A stretch of 64,000 bases of DNA from Acidaminococcales bacterium (lineage in GTDB: Bacteria > Bacillota > Negativicutes > Acidaminococcales > JAISLQ01). A program made the position numbers and the translations under genes. Position 1 is the stretch's first letter. Each line of letters begins with the position of its first letter. Shown here one piece after another: positions 47,516 through 57,122 of this stretch. Location of the stretch: positions 4,178 to 68,177 of the forward strand of contig JAVBME010000011.1 of assembly GCA_031552765.1 (NCBI GenBank), read 5' to 3'. The notes beneath the pieces were generated by a model. It was not told the DNA's origin and made no database searches. It worked only from the letters and a program-made list of their open reading frames with translations.

Positions 47516-48460
47516 ATGAAAAATAAGTTAACAGAGTTATTGAATATCAAATATCCTATCATCCAAGGCGGTATGGCCTGGTCGTCAGACGCAAAACTGG
47601 CGGCGGCGGTTTCCAATGCCGGCGGCGCCGGCGTCATAGGTTTTGGCAGCCGCGATGCCGCCTGGGCCAGGGCAGAAATACGGAAAGCCAAGGAACTGAC
47701 GGACAAGCCTTTTGGCGTCAATGTAGTTATAATGATGCCAAGGGTAGAAGAAATAATTGCCGCCATCTGCGAGGAAAAAGTGCCGTTCGTCACATTGGGG
47801 GCGGGCAACCCCATACCCCTTATAGAGCCTTTGCATAAAGCCGGCATCAAAGTCATCCCGGTCGTACCCAATGTCAAACTGGCCAAACGGGTGGAAGAGA
47901 GCGGCGCTGACGCCCTGGTCGTCGAAGGTATGGAGGCGGGCGGGCATATCGGTGTGCAGACAACTATGGCACTTTTGGGAAATGTTATTCCACACATCAA
48001 AAGCATCCCGGTCATAGCCGCCGGCGGCATAGCCGACGGGCGGGGCGTAGCCGCAGCTTTTGTCATGGGCGCGTCGGCCGTGCAGATAGGCTCACGCTTT
48101 TTGATAAGCGAAGAAAGCCCTGCACATCAGAATTTCAAAGAGGCAGTACTAAAAGCTACTGATACCGATTCCATCGTCACAGGTTATTCGCGCCACAGCG
48201 GCGTACGCTGCCTGAAAAACCCCTTTACGGAAAAATACCTGGCGCTGGAAATAGCCGGCACCCCGCAGGAAGAACTGAACGCTCTGGCTACGGGCACTAA
48301 CCGCCTGGCCGCTGTGGAGGGCGACATAGTAAACGGCGCGATGCAGGTTAGCCAGTCGCTGTGCCTGTTAAATAAAATACAGCCCTGCGCGGAAATAATC
48401 GAGGAACTGGTAGCGGACACGAGAAAAATACTCAGCAATGCGTGCAATATCACAATATAA
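47516..48460 (+). CDS. FabK/nitronate-monooxygenase-family FMN oxidoreductase (enoyl-thioester reductase-like)
   Basis: YPIIQGGMAW, AAVSNAGG.G, EGMEAGGHIG and PVIAAGGIADGRG motifs. Confidence 0.9.
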   Translation: MKNKLTELLNIKYPIIQGGMAWSSDAKLAAAVSNAGGAGVIGFGSRDAAWARAEIRKAKELTDKPFGVNVVIMMPRVEEIIAAICEEKVPFVTLGAGNPIPLIEPLHKAGIKVIPVVPNVKLAKRVEESGADALVVEGMEAGGHIGVQTTMALLGNVIPHIKSIPVIAAGGIADGRGVAAAFVMGASAVQIGSRFLISEESPAHQNFKEAVLKATDTDSIVTGYSRHSGVRCLKNPFTEKYLALEIAGTPQEELNALATGTNRLAAVEGDIVNGAMQVSQSLCLLNKIQPCAEIIEELVADTRKILSNACNITI

Positions 48461-48480
48461 ACATAGGAGGCTGGAATAAA

Positions 48481-49347
48481 ATGGACATTAAAACAGTAGG
48501 CGTCATCGGCGCCGGTATAATGGGGCGCGGCATCGCGCAGGTAAGCGCAATGGCCGGCTATAAGGTCACCCTGTACGATGTTTTCGAAACAGCTTTGGAC
48601 TCCGCCCTGAAAATCATCGGCAAAGACCTGGGCAGAGGCGTGGAAAAAGGCAAAATAAAGCCGGAAATAAAAGAAATGGCCTTGAAAAACATCGTCATTA
48701 CTACCAAACTGGAAGACCTGGCCGCTATCGACCTTATCATAGAGGCGGCGCCGGAGGATCTGGCGATAAAACTGCCGCTGTTTGAAAAACTGGACAAAAT
48801 ATGCAAGAAAGAAACCATCCTTGCAACCAATACCACTTCGCAAAGCATCACCGAAATAGCTTCGGTCACCGACCGGCCGGAAAAAGTTATTGGCCTGCAT
48901 TTTTTCAACCCGGTACACATCATGCGTTTGGTCGAAATGGTCAACGGCCTGGAGACTTCCGCGCAAGTCTATGATATTTGCGAAGATTTCTGTGTGTCTA
49001 TCGGCAAAGAAACAGTCAAAATCAAAGAAGCGCCCGGTTTTGTCACCAGCCGCCTGAACGCTGTCATCGGCAATGAAGCCTTCAATATGCTCTTAGAGGG
49101 CGTCGGCAGCGCGGAAGATATCGACAAGGCAGTAAAACTCGGCCTTAACCACCCAATGGGGCCGTTCGAGATGATCGACCTGGTCGGCCTTGATACCCGC
49201 CTCAAGAGCCTTGAATACCTGCAAAAAATGATGGGCGAAAAATACCGCCCCTGCCCGCTGCATGTGCAATATGTAAAAGCCGGCCGCTTCGGCAGGAAAA
49301 CCGGCAAGGGCGTATATGAATACGACCAGGACGGCAAAAAGAAATAA
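48481..49347 (+). CDS. 3-hydroxyacyl-CoA dehydrogenase (Hbd-like)
   Basis: GAGIMG.GIA, IIEAAPE, GLHFFNP, HPMGP and GRKTGKG motifs; RBS AGGAGG before ATG at 48481. Confidence 0.95.
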   Translation: MDIKTVGVIGAGIMGRGIAQVSAMAGYKVTLYDVFETALDSALKIIGKDLGRGVEKGKIKPEIKEMALKNIVITTKLEDLAAIDLIIEAAPEDLAIKLPLFEKLDKICKKETILATNTTSQSITEIASVTDRPEKVIGLHFFNPVHIMRLVEMVNGLETSAQVYDICEDFCVSIGKETVKIKEAPGFVTSRLNAVIGNEAFNMLLEGVGSAEDIDKAVKLGLNHPMGPFEMIDLVGLDTRLKSLEYLQKMMGEKYRPCPLHVQYVKAGRFGRKTGKGVYEYDQDGKKK

Positions 49348-49427
49348 AGATTTTACATCTACTATCTTATGCTTTATAGTATGAGATAGTAGATGCCTTT
49401 ATAACTATCGTGCGTTGGTGATATTTT

Positions 49428-50807
49428 ATGACGGGGAAGCGTGTAGTCAAATCTTTGTTGCTGCTCATCATACCGGCGGCGGCTTATTATATTTGCAAAA
49501 GTTACGGCCTGCGGCAGGATTATGCCATTTATGCCGCCATAACAAGCTGGGCGGTCTACTGCTGGGCGTCGCTCATGCTCTCTTCCGCCATGGTCGGCGT
49601 GGCTTTGCCTGTCATGTACCTGTTATCCGGCATCGCCGGCGTGAATGTGGTCTTTGCCCCCTGGGGCAATATGCTGCCCTGGTTTTGCCTCTCCGGCATG
49701 CTCATAGGTCACATGCTGCTAAAAACCGGGCTGGCCAACCGGGTAGCCTATAAATGCATATTGATCTCCGGCGACAGGTTTTATAATGTGCTGTTTGGCA
49801 TTATGATCGCCGGTTTTCTCGTTTCCCCCCTCATCCCTACCGCCCTCGGCAAGATGGCTATTTTTTGCGCGCTGGGCCTGGGGATAGCCAACGCCATGCA
49901 GCTCGACCCTCTTTCCAAAGAATCGTCCGCGCTTATGCTCACTTGCCTGTTCGCAGTAGCGCCGCCCTCTTACTGTTTCCTCACCAGCTGCGTGCAAGTG
50001 CCGGCAAGCGTCCAGCTTATGACCCAGGCCAGCGGCATCAAGGTGACCTGGTTCGAATATGCCTGGCACAACTTTTTACCAGCGGTAATCTACAGTTTTT
50101 TGTGTTTTGGCGCCATGCTGGCCGTGTTGCGCCCTGACAACCACGGCGGCGGCCGGGCGACCATCGCGGAAAAATATCAGGCTTTAGGAAAAATGGGCAG
50201 GGATGAAAAAAAAGCTATGGTCATACTGGCCATAACCCTTCTTTTCCTCGTTACCGACTCCTGGCACCAGATAAGCCTGGCTTGGGGCATGGTACTTATA
50301 ACACTCTTGATGTTTTTGCCTGGTGTTGATTTATTAGAAAACAGCGATTTTGAAAAAGTAAACCTCGCCATGCTGTTTTTTATCGCCGGAGCCATGTCCA
50401 TCGGCTCAGTGGCTGTACATATCGATATAGCCAAGCAACTGGCGGAAAATATCGCCGGCCTTTTCCAGTTCGGCGAGAAGGTATTTTACTTGTGGCTAAG
50501 CTATTTTTCCGGCATAATCATGCTGTTTTTCCTCACGCCGACCACTTCGCTCATCGCGCTCAGCGTGCCTTTGACAGAAGTAGCCTTAAAGCTAGGCATA
50601 GACCCGAGGGCCATGCTTTATTCTTTTATCTTCGGCATGGATCAGTATATATTTCCCTATCAGTATGGCGTCGTACTGCTTTTATATTCATATGAGCGCC
50701 TCGGGATGCGGCATCTCATGCTGGTATTGGCCGGCAAGGCAATAGTCGCTACAGCCGTGTTTTTCCCGCTGATACTTTTTTATTGGAAAATCATCGGTTT
50801 GTGGTAA
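49428..50807 (+). CDS. SLC13/DASS-family permease, divergent third copy
   Basis: Polytopic 459 aa with KTGLANRVA, LGKMGRDEKK and FPYQ segments. Confidence 0.8.
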   Translation: MTGKRVVKSLLLLIIPAAAYYICKSYGLRQDYAIYAAITSWAVYCWASLMLSSAMVGVALPVMYLLSGIAGVNVVFAPWGNMLPWFCLSGMLIGHMLLKTGLANRVAYKCILISGDRFYNVLFGIMIAGFLVSPLIPTALGKMAIFCALGLGIANAMQLDPLSKESSALMLTCLFAVAPPSYCFLTSCVQVPASVQLMTQASGIKVTWFEYAWHNFLPAVIYSFLCFGAMLAVLRPDNHGGGRATIAEKYQALGKMGRDEKKAMVILAITLLFLVTDSWHQISLAWGMVLITLLMFLPGVDLLENSDFEKVNLAMLFFIAGAMSIGSVAVHIDIAKQLAENIAGLFQFGEKVFYLWLSYFSGIIMLFFLTPTTSLIALSVPLTEVALKLGIDPRAMLYSFIFGMDQYIFPYQYGVVLLLYSYERLGMRHLMLVLAGKAIVATAVFFPLILFYWKIIGLW

Positions 50808-50837
50808 AAATAAATGATAATATTGGAGGTTTGAAAA

Positions 50838-52031
50838 ATGAAAGATGTAGTAATAGTAGAAGGAGTGCGCACCGCCGTCGGCAAGATGGGCGGCGCGATA
50901 AAAGATGTGCAGCCGGAAAAACTCTCATCCATAGTCATGCAGGAAGTCATGAACCGTGCGGGCGCAAAAGCGTCCGACCTTGATGAGATAATCTGGGGAC
51001 ATGCCAAACAATCAAGCGACCAGCCGAATATTGCCCGTCTGGCCGGTTTGGTGTCCGGGTTCCCCATAGAAGTGCCCGCTTATACCGTGCACCGCCAGTG
51101 CGGCTCCGGCCTGCAGGCCGTGATGAACGCCGCCCAGGCCATACAATGCGGCGATGCCGACCTGATATTGGCCGGCGGTGTGGAAAGCATGAGCACAGCT
51201 TCTTACTATCTGCGGCAAGCCCGCTATGGCTACGGCGCCGGCAACGGCGTACTGGTCGACCCCAATACAGAAAGCCAGCCTTGTTCACAGCCGCAGGATG
51301 TGTACGGCAGCCTGACCATGGGTATGACTGCGGAAAATTTGGCGGAAAAATACAACATCTCCCGTGAGGAGCAGGACGCCTTTGCCCTTGAGAGCCAAAA
51401 GCGCGCCGATCGCGCGATAAAAGAGGGCGACTTCAAAGCCGAAATAGTCGGCGTGCCTATCAAAAAGAGAAAAGAAACCGTGCTATTTGAAACAGACGAA
51501 CACCCGCGCATGACCAGTATGGAAGAGCTGGGCGCTTTGAAAGCGGTATTCAAAAAAGGCGGCTCGGTAACGGCAGGCAACGCCTCCGGACGCAATGACG
51601 GCGCCAGCGCTCTTTTAGTAGCTTCGGCGGAAAAAGCCAAAGAACTCGGCCTCAAACCACGCCTCCGGATACTCGCGCAAGCGTCGGCCGGCGTATCGCC
51701 GGAAATCATGGGCATCGGCCCTGCGCCGGCCGTAAGGAAGGCCTTGGAAAAAGCCGGGTTGACTTTGGAAGATATCGGCCTTATCGAGCTGAACGAAGCT
51801 TTTGCCGCACAATCTTTGGCCGTAATAAAAGAATTGGGCCTCGAAAATAAGATGGACATCATCAACGTCAACGGCGGCGCCATAGCCCTGGGGCATCCTA
51901 TCGGCAACTCGGGCGCACGCATACTGGTCACCCTCCTACATGCGATGGAAAAACGCAATGTGCGTTACGGCATAGCTACGCTTTGCATCGCTGGCGGCCT
52001 GGGCGTCGCGGTAGTAGTGGAAAAAATATAA
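50838..52031 (+). CDS. Acetyl-CoA C-acyltransferase (thiolase)
   Basis: QCGSG, GGVESMS, NEAFAAQ, GHPIG and CIAGG motifs. Confidence 0.96.
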   Translation: MKDVVIVEGVRTAVGKMGGAIKDVQPEKLSSIVMQEVMNRAGAKASDLDEIIWGHAKQSSDQPNIARLAGLVSGFPIEVPAYTVHRQCGSGLQAVMNAAQAIQCGDADLILAGGVESMSTASYYLRQARYGYGAGNGVLVDPNTESQPCSQPQDVYGSLTMGMTAENLAEKYNISREEQDAFALESQKRADRAIKEGDFKAEIVGVPIKKRKETVLFETDEHPRMTSMEELGALKAVFKKGGSVTAGNASGRNDGASALLVASAEKAKELGLKPRLRILAQASAGVSPEIMGIGPAPAVRKALEKAGLTLEDIGLIELNEAFAAQSLAVIKELGLENKMDIINVNGGAIALGHPIGNSGARILVTLLHAMEKRNVRYGIATLCIAGGLGVAVVVEKI

Positions 52032-52039
52032 GCAAAAAC

Positions 52040-52076
52040 AAAAAATCAGCAAGCCATCTGGCTTGCTGATTTTTTG
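52040..52076. terminator. Bidirectional terminator between thiolase and rpmA
   Basis: AAAAAATCAGCAAGCCA-tc-TGGCTTGCTGATTTTTT. Confidence 0.88.
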
Positions 52077-52082
52077 TTTTTA

Positions 52083-52364
52083 TTATTCTACGCTGTAAAC
52101 GCTTATCTGCCTGTCTTCACGGCCTTTGCGCTCGATAGCTACCCGGCCGGGCACCTTGGCAAAAAGCGTATGGTCTCTGCCCATGCCGACGTTAACGCCG
52201 GGATGGAACCTGGTGCCGCGCTGGCGGACCAGTATGCTGCCGGCGGTCACGACCTGTCCGGCGTGGCTTTTTACGCCCAGGCGCTTGGATTCGCTGTCAC
52301 GTCCGTTACGCGAAGAGCCCACGCCTTTTTTATGTGCAAACAGCTGTAAGTCAAATTTGAACAT
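52083..52364 (-). CDS. rpmA: 50S ribosomal protein L27 with cleavable N-terminal extension
   Basis: [24 protein letters not shown]. Confidence 0.98.
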   Translation of the reverse strand: MFKFDLQLFAHKKGVGSSRNGRDSESKRLGVKSHAGQVVTAGSILVRQRGTRFHPGVNVGMGRDHTLFAKVPGRVAIERKGREDRQISVYSVE

Positions 52365-52369
52365 GCGGT

Positions 52370-52690
52370 TCACCCCCTATATTGCTCGATTTTTACATTT
52401 TTCCGGTAACTGCCGGCTATTTCTAAAAGCCCCAGCAGCATTGTTTCCAAAATTGCATCCGTTTTCTCATTCGGCGGTTCTGTAAGAGTAAAAACCAAAC
52501 TGCCATCCCTGACGTCATAGGCTAACGGGTGAGCAAGATATTTGCCTAAACCCAAAAGAGCGGTCTGCGTCAGCGCCGAAACGGCGGAACAGACTATATC
52601 CAATCCTTTTTCGCCCATGTAGGCATGCCCTTTTACTTCACAGGAATATATCTGGTTCTTCTGGTTACGGCCGATACGGATGTTTATCAT
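52370..52690 (-). CDS. prp: Ribosomal-processing cysteine protease Prp (YsxB)
   Basis: GHA and DIVCSAVS motifs; between rplU and rpmA. Confidence 0.95.
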   Translation of the reverse strand: MINIRIGRNQKNQIYSCEVKGHAYMGEKGLDIVCSAVSALTQTALLGLGKYLAHPLAYDVRDGSLVFTLTEPPNEKTDAILETMLLGLLEIAGSYRKNVKIEQYRG

Positions 52691-53001
52691 CAGGCTTCGA
52701 TCTTTTCGATAGAAACTTTCGTGAACGGCTGCCTGTGGCCCTGGCGTTTGCGGTAATTGGATTTGGCTTTGTATTTGAAAACAAATATTTTCTCGCCTTT
52801 GCCGTGTTCCACTACTTTAGCGCTTACTTTAGCGCCTTCTACCAAAGGACGGCCGATTTTTACATCAGCGTCATTTACCAGGGTAAGTACCTGGTCGAAA
52901 ACAACTGTATCGCCTTCGGCTCCTTCCAGCTTTTCTACGAGAAGAGTGTCCCCTTCGCTGACTTTATACTGTTTGCCGCCTGTTTTGATGATCGCGTACA
53001 T
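52690..53001 (-). CDS. rplU: 50S ribosomal protein L21
   Basis: [14 protein letters not shown]...GHRQPFT. Confidence 0.98.
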   Translation of the reverse strand: MYAIIKTGGKQYKVSEGDTLLVEKLEGAEGDTVVFDQVLTLVNDADVKIGRPLVEGAKVSAKVVEHGKGEKIFVFKYKAKSNYRKRQGHRQPFTKVSIEKIEA

Positions 53002-53026
53002 AATTTATTACACCTCCCTTGACTGT

Positions 53027-53095
53027 AGACTCGCCAGATGTGGTAGTCCTATACGGACATTTAAAAACCTCTCCGCGCGGTTGCCCCATAAGGAG
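53027..53095 (-). ncRNA. Ribosomal protein L21 leader
   Basis: Minus strand ...GCAACCGCGCGGAGAGG...CATCTGGCGAGTC directly upstream of rplU, matching the recalled L21-leader pattern. Boundaries approximate. Confidence 0.7.
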
Positions 53096-53159
53096 CTTTT
53101 TGCTATAAAAAGACATTTCTGCCCTTACACCATGCCCATATAGGATAGCATTTTCTCTT

Positions 53160-54557
53160 TTATTTGTCAACGCCGCTGTCGTCGAGCAAAGTAAAACTCT
53201 CCGGGTGCATGCCGTCTACCGCCTGCACGCGGATCTTCCTGATCCGGCTCACGCGCTCCAGGTCATATTTGATGAACCTTTCCGCCACCGAAGGATGCGC
53301 TTGCAACAAAAGTGGCCGAGAGTGCTTTATAGCGCGCATTTGCCGGCAGACATCCACCGCCACCGCCTCCGGCGATTTGACCATGCCGCTGCCGTTACAT
53401 ACCGGGCAAGTGGAGAACATGACCGTCATGGTGTTTTGCCGCGCCTTTTTGCGGGTCATCTCCACAAGGCCGAGCATCGTGATGCCTAAAACACGAGGCT
53501 TCATCCTGTCCCCCTGCAAAGCCTCTTCCAGAGCGGCTAAAACTTTCTGCTGGTTGTCAAGGTCGTTCATATCGATAAAATCTATAATGATTATGCCGCC
53601 GATATCCCGCAGCCTTATCTGGCGGGCGATCTCCGCCACAGCTTCAAGATTGGTTCGTGCTGCGGTGTTTTCAAGGTTGTCCGCGCCTTTAAAGCGGCCG
53701 GTATTCACATCGATGACCGTAAAAGCTTCCGTATGGTCAAAAACCAGGTACCCGCCACACTCCAGCCCTACCGTACGGCTGGCCAGAGAATTTATATCAC
53801 CTGCTACGCCATAGTGTTGAAAAATACTACTCCCCAGTTCAAAAAAAACTATCTTCCCTTTATAGTCAGGATAGATATATGAAACAAGTTCGCTCACCCT
53901 CTGGTATATCTCCCGGTCGTCTATCACCAGCTCATCTATGCGCTCGTTGAGATAGTCCCTCACTATCCTGACCGGAAGGTCGACCTCGCGGAACAAGAGG
54001 CTGGGAGCAGAGGCCCTCGCAGCTCGCGCCTCTAAAGCCTTCCACAAACCGGACAGGCGTTTTATCTCTCTGGCAAGTTCATCCGAGCCAACGCCCTCGG
54101 CCACAGTACGTACGATGACGCCCATATCCTCGGTACGGACTTGTTCCACCAGTTCCTTTAGCCGTGCCCGTTCTTCCTGGTCGGTTATTTTTTTCGATAT
54201 GCCGATATAGTTGCTCAACGGCAAAAACACTACGTAACGTCCAGGCAAAGATATGGCGTCAGACGCACGCGGCCCTTTGCTGCCCATAGAGTCTTTTATT
54301 ATCTGGACAAGCATGGTTTGCCCTTCGGCCAGCGGCATATTTTCACTATTATAAAAAAATACATTGCGGTCGCGTCCCACATCGATAAAGGCGGCTTGCA
54401 AGCCGTCCAGTACGTTTTTGACCCTTCCTTTGAAAATGCTGCCCACGATATGTTCTTCATTATTACGTTCCAAAAGATACTCTTGCAAAAGGCCCTCTTC
54501 TACCAGCGCCATTGAAGTCTCTTCCGGCGTAACGCTCACCAGTATCCTGTTCTTCAT
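53160..54557 (-). CDS. rng: Rne/Rng family ribonuclease (RNase G-like)
   Basis: S1 segment, IDVNTG, IARQIRLRDIGGIIIIDFIDM, GLVEMTRK and CPVCNG motifs. Confidence 0.95.
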   Translation of the reverse strand: MKNRILVSVTPEETSMALVEEGLLQEYLLERNNEEHIVGSIFKGRVKNVLDGLQAAFIDVGRDRNVFFYNSENMPLAEGQTMLVQIIKDSMGSKGPRASDAISLPGRYVVFLPLSNYIGISKKITDQEERARLKELVEQVRTEDMGVIVRTVAEGVGSDELAREIKRLSGLWKALEARAARASAPSLLFREVDLPVRIVRDYLNERIDELVIDDREIYQRVSELVSYIYPDYKGKIVFFELGSSIFQHYGVAGDINSLASRTVGLECGGYLVFDHTEAFTVIDVNTGRFKGADNLENTAARTNLEAVAEIARQIRLRDIGGIIIIDFIDMNDLDNQQKVLAALEEALQGDRMKPRVLGITMLGLVEMTRKKARQNTMTVMFSTCPVCNGSGMVKSPEAVAVDVCRQMRAIKHSRPLLLQAHPSVAERFIKYDLERVSRIRKIRVQAVDGMHPESFTLLDDSGVDK

Positions 54558-55246
54558 GGCCGGCCCCCTGAAAGCAACGGCTCTTTCCCAGCTCCGTAGA
54601 GTTCCAGCCGTTTGATCGCCACATTGCTTTTATCCAGAGGCGCGCCAAACTTTTCCGTTAATACCGCAAGTACATCCTGCGCTTTGACTGTGCCCTGCGG
54701 CGTAATGACCGCGTAAAAAAATAGTATTAGGCCCTTTTCATCAACGACGGCGTCAATTTTTGCCACAAATCCTTTTAGGTCGACTTCCCGTTTCGGCTTG
54801 CCCGGCGGTGTTTTTTTTGCAAAAACCATATCCGTTGCGCTATTATAAAATTCTACAGCCGCCAGCCAAGCTTTTACCTCTTCCGGCCGGCAAACTGCGG
54901 TGACCTCGTAGTCCGCGCCGGTCAGTTGCGACATGAGCGGCGGGCTTTTGTCCACTACATCCGCGCCCAGCACGCGGATGCCCGGCGGCAGGCTGGCATT
55001 GAGCGCCGCCATGGCGGCGTCTTTTTCAACAGGCAGAGCCAAATCGAACTCGGCGTATTCGGCCACGCTTTCTATGCCTACGCCTAAAGCCGAAGCCAAA
55101 GACATTTTTATATGCGGGTTAAATCCTTCCGAATAAGCCACCGGCAGTTTCGCTCTTTTTACTGCACGGCTTATGGTGCGGGAGTATTCCAAATGAGAAA
55201 TAAACCGCACGCCGCCTTCTTTGCTGATGCGTACCCTAAGCTTCAT
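54554..55246 (-). CDS. Radical SAM-associated protein (TIGR03936/DUF2344-like)
   Basis: RFISHLE, RAKLPVAYSEGFNPH and ALGVGIES motifs. Confidence 0.9.
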   Translation of the reverse strand: MKLRVRISKEGGVRFISHLEYSRTISRAVKRAKLPVAYSEGFNPHIKMSLASALGVGIESVAEYAEFDLALPVEKDAAMAALNASLPPGIRVLGADVVDKSPPLMSQLTGADYEVTAVCRPEEVKAWLAAVEFYNSATDMVFAKKTPPGKPKREVDLKGFVAKIDAVVDEKGLILFFYAVITPQGTVKAQDVLAVLTEKFGAPLDKSNVAIKRLELYGAGKEPLLSGGRP

Positions 55247-57092
55247 TGCAATCTGCCTCCCCGCCGTGATCTATAACCTCAGCTGAAAGAGCCGGGCATA
55301 CGCCACAGGCTGCGCACTCGCCGCGCCTGCAATCCGGAGTTAGCACAGCAGACTGCGCCCGTTCATACTCCTGCCATAAAAACCGCCGGCCTACAGCAGG
55401 CGATACATGTTCCCACGGAAAAGTTTCTTCCTTATCCCGCCGGCGGCCAATATAAAAATCCACCGTCAAACCGTGCTGAGCTAAAGCTTCCTGCCAAAGC
55501 GCAAACTTAAAATGCTCCGACCAGCCGTCAAAGCGCGCCCCTCTTTGCCAGGCCGTATGCAGCGCCGCCCCCAGGCGGCGGTCGCCGCGGGCGAAAACGC
55601 CCTCCATTATGCTTGTTTTAGCATCATGGTACTGGTATGTTATGGCGCGGCTTTTCAACAGGGACTTGAGCAGCAATTGCTTTTCCCTTATTTCTTCCAG
55701 CGTGTCCTGGCGCACCCACTGGAAAGGCGTCCAGGGTTTAGGCACAAAAGAAGATACGCTCACCGTCACCTGCCCGTTTTTTCTGCCGGTAGCCGCGCGG
55801 TGGCAGTCGAGCACTTTATAGGCAAGAGCTGCTATACCCCGTATGTCCTCTTCGGTTTCACCCGGCAGGCCGATCATGAAATACAGCTTGACCGCCGACC
55901 AGCCGGCGGCAAAAGCCGCCGATACCGTAGCCATCAGGTCTTCTTCCGTTACGCCCTTATTTATCACGTCGCGCATCCGCTGCGTACCCGCCTCGGGCGC
56001 GAAAGTAAGGCTGCTCTTACGAACCGACTGCACCTGCTTTGCCAGATCGATAGAAAAGCTGTCTATCCTGAGTGAAGGCAAAGATACGCTGACCCGCTCC
56101 TTCTTCATCTCATCGGTCAACTCCGTCAACAGCGGCGCCAGACAGGAGTAGTCCGCCGTAGAAAGGGAAACCAGCGATATCTCGTCATAACCGGTATTGT
56201 CCACCAGGGCGCGCGCCAGGCGTTTTAAAGTCGGCAACCGCCGCTCCCGTACCGGTCGGTAAGCCATGCCGGCGTGGCAAAAGCGGCAGCCGCGCGTACA
56301 GCCGCGGAATACTTCCAGCATGATACGGTCATGCACTATATCGCAAAAAGGCACTATCGGGCTGGTAGGGTAGTCTACCGCGTCAAGGTCGTGTACTATT
56401 CTTTTATGTATTACACCTGGCACGTCCTGGCTAAGCGGGATTGTTTTTTTAAAGCTTCCATCCTCTTCATACTCCGCTTGATAAAACGAAGGCACGTAGA
56501 TACCGGAAAGTTTGCCTGCTTCCTGCAAAAAGCCCTGCCGTCCCCCGGGCCGCCCGGCCGTCTTCCATCTGTCCATGGCTTCGGCCACTTCTACGATTAG
56601 CTCTTCGCCTTCGCCCACAATGAAAAAGTCAAAAAAATCAGCCAGCGGCTCGGGATTATAAACACACGGCCCGCCGCCTACGACGAAGGGATGCTCCATC
56701 CCCCGCTGGTCAGCCAGGAGCGGTACCCCGCCCAAGTCCAGCATATTGAGTATATTGCTGTACGACATCTCATATTGCAGAGTAAAACCCACAAGGTCAA
56801 AATCTTGCAGCGGGCGCGCCTTCTCCTGCGAGGAGAGGGGCAGTCCGGCATGGCGCAGCTCTTCTTCCATATCCGTCCAGGGAGCGTAAAATCGCTCGGC
56901 CGACACATAACCCACCTTGTTGAGCAGGTGGTAAAGTATCTTATAGCCGAGGTAACTCATGCCCACTTCGTAAATATCGGGAAAGGCCAGGGCAAAAGTG
57001 ACCCTGACCCGGCTATCGTCTTTATTTATGCAATTGAACTCGTCGCCCACATAACGAGCCGGTTTTTGCACTTTATTCAAAATTTTATCCAT
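55236..57092 (-). CDS. Radical SAM protein (TIGR03960-like)
   Basis: KPARY, FPDIYEVGMS, RGCTRGCRFC (CxxxCxxC), APEAG and YFMIGLP motifs. Confidence 0.93.
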   Translation of the reverse strand: MDKILNKVQKPARYVGDEFNCINKDDSRVRVTFALAFPDIYEVGMSYLGYKILYHLLNKVGYVSAERFYAPWTDMEEELRHAGLPLSSQEKARPLQDFDLVGFTLQYEMSYSNILNMLDLGGVPLLADQRGMEHPFVVGGGPCVYNPEPLADFFDFFIVGEGEELIVEVAEAMDRWKTAGRPGGRQGFLQEAGKLSGIYVPSFYQAEYEEDGSFKKTIPLSQDVPGVIHKRIVHDLDAVDYPTSPIVPFCDIVHDRIMLEVFRGCTRGCRFCHAGMAYRPVRERRLPTLKRLARALVDNTGYDEISLVSLSTADYSCLAPLLTELTDEMKKERVSVSLPSLRIDSFSIDLAKQVQSVRKSSLTFAPEAGTQRMRDVINKGVTEEDLMATVSAAFAAGWSAVKLYFMIGLPGETEEDIRGIAALAYKVLDCHRAATGRKNGQVTVSVSSFVPKPWTPFQWVRQDTLEEIREKQLLLKSLLKSRAITYQYHDAKTSIMEGVFARGDRRLGAALHTAWQRGARFDGWSEHFKFALWQEALAQHGLTVDFYIGRRRDKEETFPWEHVSPAVGRRFLWQEYERAQSAVLTPDCRRGECAACGVCPALSAEVIDHGGEADCNEA

Positions 57093-57122
57093 GAAACCTC
57101 CAAAGGTAAGCGCCGCTTAAAA

